Shown here piece by piece: positions 20,325 through 30,938 of a stretch of 58,679 nt of DNA (its first letter is position 1; every line of letters starts with the position of its first letter). The position numbers were made by a program, and so were the translations under genes. The DNA comes from Novosphingobium sp. Its GTDB lineage: Bacteria; Pseudomonadota; Alphaproteobacteria; Sphingomonadales; Sphingomonadaceae. Location: contig JBKBSV010000001.1 of assembly GCA_046291115.1 (NCBI GenBank), positions 1-58,679 of the forward strand, given 5' to 3'. The notes under the pieces were generated by a model. That model had not been told where the DNA came from and did no database searches. It worked only from the letters and a program-made list of their open reading frames with translations.

Positions 20325-21344
20325 TCACCCGCGGACCAGGCCGAGCGCTGCGTAAGCCGCGTTGAGAGTGGGGGCGGCCAGCGCGCGGGCCTTCAGCGCG
20401 CCCTTGGCGAGGATCGCGTCGAGCGCCTCGCGGTCCTCCCGCAGTTCCAGGAAGCGGGCATTGATCGGGGCCAGGCTTTCCACCAGCAGCTCGCCCAGCG
20501 CCGGCTTGAACCGGCCAAAGCCTTCGCCGCCGAAGCGGGCCAGAACCGCGTCCTGGCTTTCCCCGGCCATGGCGGCATAGATGCCCACCAGGTTGGCCGC
20601 TTCAGGCCGCCCTTCCAGCCCGGCCCTGTCGCTGGGCAGGGGTTCGGGATCGGTCTTGGCCTTCTTGATCTTCTGCATGATCGTGTCGGCATCGTCGGTC
20701 AGGTTGATCCGGCTCATGTCGCTGGGATCGGACTTGCTCATCTTGGCGCTGCCGTCACGCAGACTCATGATCCGCGCTGCTTCGGGCGGAATGATCGGAT
20801 CGGGCAGAGTGAAGACCGGCGCGTCTTGCGCCGCGAAATCGTTGTTGAACTTCTGCGCGATGTCGCGGGCCAGTTCCAGATGCTGCTTCTGATCCTCGCC
20901 CACCGGCACGTGGGTGGCTTGGTATAGCAGCACGTCGGCGGCCTGAAGAACAGGGTAGGTGAACAGCGCAACCGACTGGCCCTCGCGATTTTTGCCGGCC
21001 TTGTCCTTCCACTGCGTCATGCGGTTCAACCAGCCCATCCGGCCGGTGCCGGACAGCAGCCACTGCAATTCGGCATGGGCCGGGACCTGGGCCTGGTTGA
21101 ACAGGATCGACTTGTCCGGATCGATGCCACAGGCAACCAGCGCGGCGGTCATCTCGAAGGTGTTCTCGCGCAGTTGCGCCGGGCTGTGCGGCATCGAAAT
21201 GGCGTGCAGGTCGGCCAGGAAATAGAGGCTCTGCCCGCCGCCGGCGGCAACATCGTCCTGCATTTTCACCCAGTTGCGGATCGCCCCCAGGTAATTGCCA
21301 AGGTGGAGATTGCCGGTGGGCTGGATGCCGGAGACGATACGCAT
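20325..21344 (-). CDS. trpS: Tryptophan--tRNA ligase
   Basis: [34 protein letters not shown]. Confidence 0.98.
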   Translation of the reverse strand: MRIVSGIQPTGNLHLGNYLGAIRNWVKMQDDVAAGGGQSLYFLADLHAISMPHSPAQLRENTFEMTAALVACGIDPDKSILFNQAQVPAHAELQWLLSGTGRMGWLNRMTQWKDKAGKNREGQSVALFTYPVLQAADVLLYQATHVPVGEDQKQHLELARDIAQKFNNDFAAQDAPVFTLPDPIIPPEAARIMSLRDGSAKMSKSDPSDMSRINLTDDADTIMQKIKKAKTDPEPLPSDRAGLEGRPEAANLVGIYAAMAGESQDAVLARFGGEGFGRFKPALGELLVESLAPINARFLELREDREALDAILAKGALKARALAAPTLNAAYAALGLVRG

Positions 21345-21350
21345 GGAAAC

Positions 21351-22931
21351 TTACTCTGCCTTGGGGTTCTGCCTGCGGGTCAGCAAGGCGATCTTGCTGC
21401 GGTCGATCGCCCCGGTGAGCCAGGCGAGCGCGAAGTAGACGAAAGCGCCGACGCCGACCAGTGCCAGAATCGATCCGATCCGGGCCAGCGCCCCGGCACC
21501 GTAATAGGCCGCGCCCAGTGGGGCGAGAGACCAGATCACCGCGCCCATTGCTGCCGCCGAAAGCAGGATCCGCCCGATCCGGACCAGCAGATCCGGCTCG
21601 ATCGTGAAGTGTCCCCGCCGGTGCAGCACCCAATAAAGCATCGCGCAATTGGCCCAGGCCGCGATCGACCCGGCCAGGGCCAGCCCGGCCACGCCCAGCA
21701 GCGGGATCAGCGCGAGGTTGCCGATCAGATTGACCGCCAGCGCCGCCCCGGCGGTATAGACCGGGGTCTTGGTATCCCGCCGGGCGAAGAAGCCAGGGGT
21801 CAGCACTTTGACCATGACATAGGCCGGCAGGCCCAGCACCAGCATGGCGACGACGGCGGCGGTGGCGGTAACGTCCGCCTGGTCGAACCTGCCGCCGAAA
21901 TAGAACGCGCTGACCAGCGGCTGGGCCGCGCAGTACAGGCCAACGGCGGCCGGCACGGTCAGCAGCAGGCCCAGCTCGATCGCGTTCGATTGCACCCGCT
22001 GCGCACCGCCGGCATCATCTTGCGCGATGAACCGCGACAATGCGGGCAGGATCGCAGTGCCAAGGGCAATGCCGATGATCCCCAGCGGCAACTGGTTGAG
22101 CCGGTCGGCCAGGGCCAGGAACACGAATGATCCTTCTTCCAGCCGGCCCAGGAAAAACAGGTCAAGGAACCGGCTGATCTGATAAATGCCCGCACCGAAC
22201 ACGGCTGGCAGGATCAGCACGCCAAGCTGGCGCACCTGCGGCGTCAGGCGCGGGCGCAGCAGGGCCAGGCGGAACCCGGCCCGGCGGGCGTGCCAGTATA
22301 GCCACAGCAATTGCAGTACACCGGCGGTGGTGACCGACCAGGCCAGCAGATAGGCGATGCGGCCCGCATTGCCGCCCTGCCCCTGCCAGATCCCCAGCAG
22401 CATCGCGCCGATCATGCACAGGTTCATCAGCACCGGGGCAAAGGCCACGGCAGCGAACCGGCTGATCGAATTGAGCATGGCCCCGAACAGGGTCGTCACG
22501 CTGATCAGGGCCAGATAGGGAAAGGCAATCCGGGCCAGCGAGATCGCGGTATCGGTTGTGCGTCCGCCCTTGCCAAAATCGTCGATCAGCCAGATTGCCC
22601 AGGGCATCACCGCCATCATCAGTGCGGAAAAGATCAGCAGGACCGGGACGAAGATCGCCAGCGTCTCGTTCGCGAACTGCTCGGCCCCGGCCTCGTCACG
22701 CGATCCGTCAGCGTTCACATGGCGGTTGAACAGCGGCACGAAAGCCGCCGAAAAGGCCCCTTCGGCAAACAGCCGGCGGAAGATGTTGGGCAGCTGGAAG
22801 GCAATCTGCCAGGCATCGCCCATGGCGCTGCCGCCCAGCAGGCGGGACAGCATCATGTCGCGTACGAAGCCGAAGATCCGGCTGATCAGCGTCATCCCGC
22901 CGATGATGCCGGTCGACTTCAGCAGGTTCAT
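21351..22931 (-). CDS. murJ: Lipid II flippase
   Basis: SRIFGFVRD, PNIFRRLFAEGAFSAAFVP, QLPLG, FFARRDTKTP. Confidence 0.97.
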   Translation of the reverse strand: MNLLKSTGIIGGMTLISRIFGFVRDMMLSRLLGGSAMGDAWQIAFQLPNIFRRLFAEGAFSAAFVPLFNRHVNADGSRDEAGAEQFANETLAIFVPVLLIFSALMMAVMPWAIWLIDDFGKGGRTTDTAISLARIAFPYLALISVTTLFGAMLNSISRFAAVAFAPVLMNLCMIGAMLLGIWQGQGGNAGRIAYLLAWSVTTAGVLQLLWLYWHARRAGFRLALLRPRLTPQVRQLGVLILPAVFGAGIYQISRFLDLFFLGRLEEGSFVFLALADRLNQLPLGIIGIALGTAILPALSRFIAQDDAGGAQRVQSNAIELGLLLTVPAAVGLYCAAQPLVSAFYFGGRFDQADVTATAAVVAMLVLGLPAYVMVKVLTPGFFARRDTKTPVYTAGAALAVNLIGNLALIPLLGVAGLALAGSIAAWANCAMLYWVLHRRGHFTIEPDLLVRIGRILLSAAAMGAVIWSLAPLGAAYYGAGALARIGSILALVGVGAFVYFALAWLTGAIDRSKIALLTRRQNPKAE

Positions 22932-22961
22932 GGCCTGTCCCCAGTGGCCGCGCTCAGCCGG

Positions 22962-23489
22962 TCAGGCTTCGCCGCCCGGTGCGCCTTGGCTCTCGCCCTG
23001 GGCAGCCTGAGCCGCAGCCAGCTGCTGCATGTAGATGCCGTTGAAATCGACCGGCTCCAGCAGCAGCGGCGGGAAGCCGGCATCGCGCACCGCATCGGAC
23101 ACCACCCGGCGTGCGAAGGGGAACAGGATCCGCGGCGCTTCGGCATAGGTGAAGGCGTGCTTGTGGCCTTCTTCCATGTTGCGCATGCCGATCAGGCCGC
23201 AATAGGACAGGTCGACGATGAACTGCGATCCACCCTGGCAGCGGGCGTTGATCGCGATTTTCAGTTCGATCTCGCTCACTTCCTCGTTCAGTTCGCGCGC
23301 ACCGATATTGAACTGCACGTCGATCTGCGGCGGATCCTGCCACTGGAACGATTCCGGAGCGTGCGGATTCTCAACCGAGAGGTCCTTGACGTATTGCTGG
23401 ATGATCCCGGCGGCGGGCAGGGTATCGGCGCCATTCGGCTGGGGGGCGCCCAGGCCCAGATCGGTGATGATGTTGCCTTCGTCGGACAT
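22962..23489 (-). CDS. secB: Protein export chaperone SecB
   Basis: QYVKDLSVENP, PRILFPFARR, GFPPLLLEPVDF. Confidence 0.97.
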   Translation of the reverse strand: MSDEGNIITDLGLGAPQPNGADTLPAAGIIQQYVKDLSVENPHAPESFQWQDPPQIDVQFNIGARELNEEVSEIELKIAINARCQGGSQFIVDLSYCGLIGMRNMEEGHKHAFTYAEAPRILFPFARRVVSDAVRDAGFPPLLLEPVDFNGIYMQQLAAAQAAQGESQGAPGGEA

Positions 23490-23716
23490 GAATGCGGCTT
23501 TCCGTCAAGAAATTGTGACAAGTGGCGGCGCGCCTAGCACCCGCGGACGGTGGCGGCAACGGTCATGGGCGGTTTTTGGGCGATGTGGCCGCGCGGCACC
23601 TATTCCCCGCAAAAATGCACAAAGGGGCGGGTCCACGCGTTGTTCATTTGTCATCATTACCTATTTGTCGTTAAAGTGTGCAACAAAAGCCGCACCACGC
23701 GGCCGGGACTGGTACC

Positions 23717-24385
23717 TTGGACAAGACCGTAGAAATCGTCATCATCGCCATGGTCGCGGCCTTTCTGGGCCTGCGGCTCTATTCTGTGCTGGGCCGCCGG
23801 GCGGAGCATGAGGAGCAGCCGCTGCCGCCGCGGTTCGAACCGAAGGGCCCGGCCAGCGATGCGCCGCGATTCCCCACGCCCGAACTGGCCGGGGCTGGAC
23901 AGCGATCACCCGCGCTGGTTCCCGGGGTGACCCCCGCGATTGAGCGGGGCCTGCGCGAAATTGCAGCGGCTGACCGGCATTTCGATCTGCTGACCTTCCT
24001 CGAAGGGGCCAAGGGCGCTTACCGCATGGTGCTCGAAGCCTTCTGGAAGGGGGATCGCGCCGCGCTGGCCCAGCTGTGCGACAGCGCTGTGCGCGATGCG
24101 TTCGTTGCCGCCATCGACGCGCGCGAGGCGCAGGGCCACGTGCTGGATTACAAGCTGATCCGGATCGAGGATGCCGTGGTGGTCGCGGCCGAATACCGCG
24201 CCCCTGTGGCCCGGCTGACCGTGCGCTTCTCTGCCGATGTTGCTGCCGTTACCCGCAACGCCGAAGGGCAGGTGATCGCCGGTTCGCTCAACGACGCGAT
24301 CGGAACCTGCGATTTGTGGACCTTCTCGCGCGATGTGAACTCTGCCTCGCCGGATTGGCTGGTCGACGAAACCGACGAGGGTTGA
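23717..24385 (+). CDS. Tim44/TimA-family adaptor protein
   Basis: FLGLRLYSVLGRR, FLEGAKGAY, WTFSRD...PDW; conserved position beside secB and mltA; start uncertain. Confidence 0.9.
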   Translation: MDKTVEIVIIAMVAAFLGLRLYSVLGRRAEHEEQPLPPRFEPKGPASDAPRFPTPELAGAGQRSPALVPGVTPAIERGLREIAAADRHFDLLTFLEGAKGAYRMVLEAFWKGDRAALAQLCDSAVRDAFVAAIDAREAQGHVLDYKLIRIEDAVVVAAEYRAPVARLTVRFSADVAAVTRNAEGQVIAGSLNDAIGTCDLWTFSRDVNSASPDWLVDETDEG

Positions 24386-24392
24386 TTCGGCG

Positions 24393-25589
24393 ATGGGGGG
24401 CGCTCTGCAGCGCTGGTTGGCCCTTGCAGCGCTGACCCTCGGCTTGCTGGGCTGCGGTCGGATTATTCCCCAGGGTCAGGTGCCGCCGCCTGCCACCACG
24501 CTGCCCCCGGTTGCCAACGCCATTGCCGCCGGGCTTGCCCCCGGTCCTGAGATCAGCACGCTCAATCTTGGAAGTGACGATGCACAGGGCGCGCTGGCCT
24601 CGTTTCGAGAAAGCTGCCCGCGCCTGGTTGTCCGGGCCGATCCCTCCGGCCTGACCGAGGGGCGCGACTGGAAACCGGCCTGCGATGCCGCCGCCCGCTG
24701 GCCGGCTGCGGAGGCAGCGCGCTTTTTCACCACCTGGTTCGAGGCGGTGCGGGTTGGCGATGGCCAGGCCTTTGCCACCGGCTATTACGAGCCGGAAATT
24801 GCCGGTGTGCGCAAGCGCCGGCCCGGTTTCGACGTGCCGATCTATGCCCTGCCGCCCGATCTGGTCCGGGCCAGACCTGGCGATGCCGCGCCGCTGGCGA
24901 ACGGGCAGATGCCTTTGGGGCGCTATGATCGGGACGGCAAGTTCGGCCCTTACTTTGACCGCGCCGCAATCGAGGACGGGGCGCTGATGGGGCAGGGGCT
25001 GGAGATTGGCTGGGCGGCCGATCCGGTCGAGCTGTTCTTCCTGCAGGTCCAGGGTTCGGGGCGCCTGGTGGCGCCCGACGGCACGGTGATGCGGATCGGC
25101 TATGCCGGGCAGAACGGCCACCCCTATACCGGCATCGGCGGCGTAATGCGGCAGCGCGGCCTGCTTGGCACCGGGCCGGGGCAGTATTCCGGCTCGATGC
25201 AGGGCATCATGCAATACATTGCCGAAAACCCTGAGGCCGGCCGCGCGCTGATGCGCGAGAACAAGAGCTACGTGTTCTTCCGAGAGATTGGACCCGATGG
25301 GCCTTATGGTTCGCTGGGCGTGCCGGTGCGGGCGAAGAATTCGGTTGCGGCCGATCCGTCGTTCGTGCCGCTGGGCGCGCCGGTCTGGCTGGCACTGGAC
25401 CGGGCCGAGGCCAGCGGGCTGTGGATTGCCCAGGATACCGGCGGCGCGATCAAGGGGGTAAACCGTTTCGATACCTTCTGGGGTGCCGGGGCCGAGGCCC
25501 GGACCATTGCCGGCGGACTGAGCGGGCGCGGCGAGGCGCTGCTGTTTCTGCCCAAGGGCACGCTCAAGAAGCTCCAGCAGGTCAAGTGA
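24393..25589 (+). CDS. mltA: Membrane-bound lytic murein transglycosylase A
   Basis: Lipobox; TGYYEP, FFLQVQGSG, NKSYVFF, AQDTGGAIKG...RFDTFWG. Confidence 0.95.
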   Translation: MGGALQRWLALAALTLGLLGCGRIIPQGQVPPPATTLPPVANAIAAGLAPGPEISTLNLGSDDAQGALASFRESCPRLVVRADPSGLTEGRDWKPACDAAARWPAAEAARFFTTWFEAVRVGDGQAFATGYYEPEIAGVRKRRPGFDVPIYALPPDLVRARPGDAAPLANGQMPLGRYDRDGKFGPYFDRAAIEDGALMGQGLEIGWAADPVELFFLQVQGSGRLVAPDGTVMRIGYAGQNGHPYTGIGGVMRQRGLLGTGPGQYSGSMQGIMQYIAENPEAGRALMRENKSYVFFREIGPDGPYGSLGVPVRAKNSVAADPSFVPLGAPVWLALDRAEASGLWIAQDTGGAIKGVNRFDTFWGAGAEARTIAGGLSGRGEALLFLPKGTLKKLQQVK

Positions 25590-26164
25590 TGCGCCCCCCA
25601 CGGGGCCTGAGCCGGGAGGAGGCGGAACTGTGGGCCCGGGTGGCCCGCACGGTCAAGCCGCTGCGGCCGCAGGCGAAGGCGGCTGTCGTTCCGGCGGAGC
25701 CCGCCGCAGCGCCGCCGCCCCCGCCGCGCCAGGCCAAGACCGAGGCGGCCGCTTCAGCTTCTGCTTCGTCTTCGGGGGGCGCGCGCCGCAGCGATCCGCC
25801 ATCACGCCAGCTCGACCGTCACGGGCTGGACGGATCGTGGGAAAAGAAGCTGGCCCGGGCCGAAGTCGATCCCGATTTCACGCTCGATCTGCACGGTCAT
25901 GGCCTTGAGGCCGCCCATGCCCGGCTGGAACATGGCCTGGCCCAGGCGATCAGCCGCGGCGCGCGGGTGGTGCTGGTCATTACCGGCAGGCCGCGCCCGG
26001 TCGAGGCCGCCGACCGGGGCGAGCGGCGCGGAGCAATCCGGGCCAAGCTGCTTGACTGGCTGGCCCACGGCAGCCACGCGCACCGCATCGCCTCGGTCCG
26101 CCGCGCCCATCGCAAGCACGGCGGGCCCGGCGCGGTCTATGTGATCCTCAAAAGAGCGCGCTGA
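25589..26164 (+). CDS. Smr/MutS-domain protein
   Basis: LDLHG, LVITGR, HGGPGAVYV. Confidence 0.93.
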   Translation: MRPPRGLSREEAELWARVARTVKPLRPQAKAAVVPAEPAAAPPPPPRQAKTEAAASASASSSGGARRSDPPSRQLDRHGLDGSWEKKLARAEVDPDFTLDLHGHGLEAAHARLEHGLAQAISRGARVVLVITGRPRPVEAADRGERRGAIRAKLLDWLAHGSHAHRIASVRRAHRKHGGPGAVYVILKRAR

Positions 26165-26239
26165 CTTCCGGGATGGAAGCCAGCGCGCCTTGAGGTATCC
26201 GTCCGGACGGCCCTGAGGCCGCCCGGGCAGGGAGGAACT

Positions 26240-28588
26240 TCAGAAGTTGAGCGTCGCGGTGACGAAGACCTGGCGGGGATTGCCGTAGAACGCGGTCAGC
26301 GTGCCTTCGCGGCCCAGCGCGGCGACGAACGGAGTCGTCACGGCGCCGGTGGTCGGATTGGCGGCCACGAAGCTATAGCCCGAGGTCTTGTAACGTTCAT
26401 CGGTCAGGTTCTTGCCATAGACGCCCAGCGTCCAGACCCTGTTCGGCGCGGTGTAGACGATCGACGCGTCGAACAGCTGGTAGGCCGGCTGGTCGAGGTA
26501 CGGGTTCGGCACTTCGAACTGGTAGGTCTTGCTCTTGAACGACATGCCCCCGCCGATGCTGAGCTTGCCTTCACCCAGCGCCATCGAGTAATCCAGCGCG
26601 ACGTTGCCCGACCAGGCCGGGGTGTTCTGGACCTTGCGGTTGGCGGCCACATCGGTCGGCACGCCGCCGATATTGGTGACGTACCGGGTGAACTTGGCGT
26701 CGATGTAACCGACCGAACCGGTCAGGGTCAGCGTGCCGCTGTCCGTGTCGATCAGCTTGGCGCGGGTTTCGAATTCAAAGCCCTTCATCCGCGCCTTGCC
26801 GGCGTTGGAGACGACGCCGCAGAAGGTCGGGACCTGGGTGATCACACTGCCGACCACGACCTTGCTGGTGCAGGCGACCGAGCCGGGGATCTGGACGTCG
26901 GTATAGTCCATGTAAAAGCCGGCGGCGGCGACATAGAGGCGGCGATCGAGCAGGTTGGCCTTGTAGCCCACTTCGTAGCTGTCGACCTTTTCCGGACGGA
27001 AGGCCAGGAAGGCGGCCACTTCGGCGTCCGAGGGGATGCCGCTGGCATTGGCGGTCGGCGCGCTGGTGCCAACCCCGCGCGGGTCAAACCCGCCGCCCTT
27101 GAAGCCCTGCGAGTACGAGGCATAGAGCGTGCTCTCGTCATTCGGCTTGAACGAAAGGGTCGCCTTGGGGGTGAACTTGGTGAAGCTGGCCTTGCCGCGG
27201 AAATTGGTGGAAGGCGATCCGAACAGGATCCCCGCACCGCCAAAGGCCGGCGAGCCGTTGAGGTAATTCTGCCGCAGGATCCGGCCGGTGCGCTCATCCC
27301 AGGTGTAGCGCCCGCCCAGCGAGAGGCTGAGCTTGTCACTGAAGTTGATCGTCACATCGGCAAAGCCGGCGACGGTTTCCGTGCCGATATCGGCTGAGGT
27401 GAAGGCGGTCAGGCCGGGGAAGACGGGGTTGTTCCACAGCCGCACGTCGAACTGGGTCAGCGCGTTGGCGCTCAGGTAATAGAACCCGATCATGCCCTGG
27501 ACCGGTCCAGCATCGACCAGCATCTGCAGTTCCTGGCTGAACTGGTCGTTCTTGTAGAAGGCCGGCACATCGAGATCGACCGCCGGTAGCGCATCGAAGT
27601 CGATCGGGCTGAAGCTTTCGTCGGCGCGGTAGGCGGTGATCGAGCGGAAGGTCAGCGCGTCGTTCGGCTTGGCTTCCATGAACAGCGAAACGCCCCAGCC
27701 TTCCACGTCCTGACGCGGATCAACCAGTCCGCCGCGGGTATCGTAAACATTGCTCAGCACCGGGGCGGCGCTCAGCAGGCTGGGGATCAGGCGGTGGCCG
27801 CCGCGAGCCGAGCTCTTGTCATGCACCCAGTCACCCGCCAGACGGGCGAAGAAATCGGTGCCGTGGATTTCGATCGTGCCGCGCGCGGCATAGACGTTCT
27901 TGTCATAGTTTTCGGCGCCCGTGGTGAGGTTGGTGCCGAAGCCGTCGCGGGTCAGCCGCGCGAACGAACCGCCGATGCGGACAATGCCATCGGCATCGAC
28001 CGGGGTTGAAGCCGTTACCACCCCGTCAAGCTGGTTGTAGCTGCCATAGGTGCCGCGCACCTGAAGGCGGAAATCGTTCGGCAGGCGCTTGGTCACATAC
28101 TTGACCGCGCCGCCCACGGTGTTGCGGCCATAAAGCGTGCCCTGCGGGCCGCGCAGCACTTCGATCCGCTCCACATCATAAATGTCGAGCACGGCACCCT
28201 GGGGACGGTTCAGGTAGACATCGTCCAGATAGATGCCGACGCCCTGTTCGAAGCCCGAAACCGGGTCCTGCTGGCCCACGCCGCGGATAAAGGCGGACAA
28301 GGTGGAATTGGTGCCGCGGCTGGGTTCCAGCGTCACGTTAGGGACCTGTTCGGCCAGGGCGGTGATGTCGACGGCGCCGGATTTGGCCAACTGATCGCCC
28401 GACAGCGCGGTGATTGCAATCGGCACGTCAACCAGCGTTTCCTCGCGGCGCCGGGCCGTGACGATGATTTCGCCCGAATCGGCTTCAGCCGCCGCATCGG
28501 CGTTCTGGGCGTGGGCGGGCATGGCGGTCAGGCCGACGAAAGCGCTGGCAACCAGCGAAGCACGGCAGAGCAGATCAGTCTTACGCAT
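26240..28588 (-). CDS. TonB-dependent receptor
   Basis: Signal peptide, EIIVTARRREE, RIEVLRGPQGTLYGRN, terminal Phe. Confidence 0.96.
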   Translation of the reverse strand: MRKTDLLCRASLVASAFVGLTAMPAHAQNADAAAEADSGEIIVTARRREETLVDVPIAITALSGDQLAKSGAVDITALAEQVPNVTLEPSRGTNSTLSAFIRGVGQQDPVSGFEQGVGIYLDDVYLNRPQGAVLDIYDVERIEVLRGPQGTLYGRNTVGGAVKYVTKRLPNDFRLQVRGTYGSYNQLDGVVTASTPVDADGIVRIGGSFARLTRDGFGTNLTTGAENYDKNVYAARGTIEIHGTDFFARLAGDWVHDKSSARGGHRLIPSLLSAAPVLSNVYDTRGGLVDPRQDVEGWGVSLFMEAKPNDALTFRSITAYRADESFSPIDFDALPAVDLDVPAFYKNDQFSQELQMLVDAGPVQGMIGFYYLSANALTQFDVRLWNNPVFPGLTAFTSADIGTETVAGFADVTINFSDKLSLSLGGRYTWDERTGRILRQNYLNGSPAFGGAGILFGSPSTNFRGKASFTKFTPKATLSFKPNDESTLYASYSQGFKGGGFDPRGVGTSAPTANASGIPSDAEVAAFLAFRPEKVDSYEVGYKANLLDRRLYVAAAGFYMDYTDVQIPGSVACTSKVVVGSVITQVPTFCGVVSNAGKARMKGFEFETRAKLIDTDSGTLTLTGSVGYIDAKFTRYVTNIGGVPTDVAANRKVQNTPAWSGNVALDYSMALGEGKLSIGGGMSFKSKTYQFEVPNPYLDQPAYQLFDASIVYTAPNRVWTLGVYGKNLTDERYKTSGYSFVAANPTTGAVTTPFVAALGREGTLTAFYGNPRQVFVTATLNF

Positions 28589-28657
28589 CGGGCACTCCTC
28601 CCAAGAAATTCTTCCCGCACGGCCCTGGGCGGCGGGCTCCTGCATCGTGCTTATATA

Positions 28658-28681
28658 AAAGTTGAACCAACTTTCAACTTT
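28658..28681. promoter_or_regulatory. Perfect inverted repeat, probable TetR operator
   Basis: AAAGTTGAA-CCAACT-TTCAACTTT between the divergent TonB receptor and TetR genes. Confidence 0.8.
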
Positions 28682-28769
28682 GTTATGGTTGCAGCAGCAA
28701 GGGGAGCGGTTGAAAGTGACGAAACGTGGCGCGGCTGCAACAGTGGCCGGCGGCAACAGGGGGAAAGAG

Positions 28770-29378
28770 GTGCACGCAGCAGAGGCCGGTACCCCGCCAC
28801 GCGAGCCGCGCACCGAGCGCGGGCGGCGCACCCAGCGCGCACTCCTTGATGCCGCGGCGGCCGAATTCGGGGAAAAGGGCTTTCATGAAAGCTCGATCGT
28901 CTCGATCACGATCCGCGCCGGGGTCGCGCTGGGCAGTTTCTATACCTATTTCGAATCCAAGGAGGCGCTGTTCAAGGCGCTGGTTCAGGACATGTCGGGC
29001 CGGGTCCGCGATCACGTCGCCCCGGTGCTGCGCGATCACAGCGGCGGCGCGATCGAGGCCGAAGGCGTGGCGCTGGAGGCGTTCCTGCGGTTTGCCCGCA
29101 GCAACAAGGAAATCTACCGGATCATCGACGAAGCCGAATTCGTCGCGCCGGAAGCCTGGCGGGCCCACTACCTCAATACCGCCGCGCGCATTCTGGAGCG
29201 GCTTCAGGCCGCGCGGGCCCGGGGGGAACTGGCGGTCGAGCCAAGCGCGGTCCACGCCTGGGCGATCATGGGCATGAACGTGTTCCTGGGCTTGCGCTTC
29301 GGGGTGCTCGACAGCGAGGCCGATCTCACAGAGGTGGCGGCCCAGGCGAATGCGCTGCTCAGGGACGGGTTGGGATAG
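28770..29378 (+). CDS. TetR/AcrR-family regulator
   Basis: LLDAAAAEFGEKGF...AGVALGSFYTYFESKEALF HTH. Confidence 0.93.
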   Translation: MHAAEAGTPPREPRTERGRRTQRALLDAAAAEFGEKGFHESSIVSITIRAGVALGSFYTYFESKEALFKALVQDMSGRVRDHVAPVLRDHSGGAIEAEGVALEAFLRFARSNKEIYRIIDEAEFVAPEAWRAHYLNTAARILERLQAARARGELAVEPSAVHAWAIMGMNVFLGLRFGVLDSEADLTEVAAQANALLRDGLG

Positions 29379-29413
29379 ACCTTGTCCGCCCGCGCGGCTA
29401 TGCGCCGCCAACC

Positions 29414-30934
29414 ATGTCAAACCGCCGCACCTTCGCCATCATTTCGCACCCCGACGCGGGCAAGACCACGCTGACCGAGAAGCTGCTGCTGCAAGGCGGC
29501 GCGATTCACCTGGCCGGCGAGGTCAAGGCGCGCGGCGCGGCGCGGCGGGCGCGCTCGGACTGGATGAAGATCGAGCAGCAGCGCGGGATCTCGGTCACCT
29601 CCAGCGTCATGACCTTCGAGCGCGACGGGATCACGTTCAACCTGCTTGACACGCCGGGGCACGAGGACTTTTCCGAAGACACCTATCGCACCCTGACCGC
29701 GGTCGATTCCGCGATCATGGTGATCGACGCGGCCAAGGGCATCGAGCCGCAGACCCGCAAGCTGTTCGAGGTTTGCCGCCTGCGTTCCGTGCCGATCATC
29801 ACCTTCGTCAACAAGGTTGACCGCGAAGGGCGCGCTGCGTTCGAAACGCTGGATGAAGTGGCCGATGCCCTGGCGCTCGATGTCTGCCCGATGTCCTGGC
29901 CAATCGGGATGGGCGGAGAATTCAAGGGCGTGCTCGATTTTGCCACCAATACCATCAGCCGCCCGGAAGGCGACAGCCGCGAATTCCTGGGCAAGCGCGA
30001 TCCGGCCGATGATATCCCGGCCGACATTGCCGAGGAAATCGAACTCGCCAAGGCCGGTTATCCCCCGTTCGATCTGGAAGCCTATCGTAACGGCGATCTG
30101 ACCCCGGTCTACTTCGGATCGGCGCTCAAGAACTTCGGCGTGGCCGAACTGATCGATGCCATCGCCCGCCATGCCCCGCCGCCGCGCCCGCAGCCCAGCG
30201 AGCAGGGCGTTGTCAGCCCGGACGGCAAGGAAGTGACCGGGTTCATTTTCAAGGTCCAGGCCAACATGGACCCGATGCACCGTGACCGGATCGCCTTCAT
30301 GCGGCTGGTCTCCGGCACGTTCAGGCGGGGGATGAAACTGACCCCGTCAGCGCTGGGCAAGCCGGTGGCGATCCATTCCCCGATCCTGTTCTTTGCCCAG
30401 GACCGCGAGATTGCCGACACGGCCGAGCCGGGCGACATCATCGGCATTCCCAACCATGGCACGCTGCGGGTCGGCGATACCCTGTCCGAGAGCAACAAGG
30501 TTCGCTTCACCGGCCTGCCCAACTTCGCGCCGGAAATCCTGCGCCGGGTCGCGCTGAAGGATCCGACCAAGACCAAGCAGCTGAGAAAAGCGCTCGACGA
30601 CCTGTCCGAAGAAGGCGTGATCCAGGTGTTCTATCCCGAGATCGGCGCGGCATCGATCGTCGGCGTGGTCGGCCAGCTCCAGCTCGACGTGCTGATTTCG
30701 CGGCTGGAAGCGGAATACAAGGTCGAGGCCGTGCTGGAAGCTGCGCCGTTCGATACGGCCCGCTGGCTGAAGGGGCCGGATGCGGCGCTGAAGCAGTTTG
30801 CCGATTTCAACAAGTCGAACCTTGCCAGGGACCGCGATGGCGATCCGGTATTCCTGGCCCGCAGTGCCTGGGATGTCGGCTACCAGCAGGAAAAGAACCC
30901 CGACCTGGTCTTCAGCGCCACCAAAGAGCGTTGA
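29414..30934 (+). CDS. prfC: Peptide chain release factor 3
   Basis: RRTFAIISHPDAGKTT, DTPGHEDFSEDTYR, NMDPMHRDR. Confidence 0.98.
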   Translation: MSNRRTFAIISHPDAGKTTLTEKLLLQGGAIHLAGEVKARGAARRARSDWMKIEQQRGISVTSSVMTFERDGITFNLLDTPGHEDFSEDTYRTLTAVDSAIMVIDAAKGIEPQTRKLFEVCRLRSVPIITFVNKVDREGRAAFETLDEVADALALDVCPMSWPIGMGGEFKGVLDFATNTISRPEGDSREFLGKRDPADDIPADIAEEIELAKAGYPPFDLEAYRNGDLTPVYFGSALKNFGVAELIDAIARHAPPPRPQPSEQGVVSPDGKEVTGFIFKVQANMDPMHRDRIAFMRLVSGTFRRGMKLTPSALGKPVAIHSPILFFAQDREIADTAEPGDIIGIPNHGTLRVGDTLSESNKVRFTGLPNFAPEILRRVALKDPTKTKQLRKALDDLSEEGVIQVFYPEIGAASIVGVVGQLQLDVLISRLEAEYKVEAVLEAAPFDTARWLKGPDAALKQFADFNKSNLARDRDGDPVFLARSAWDVGYQQEKNPDLVFSATKER

Positions 30935-30938
30935 CCGG

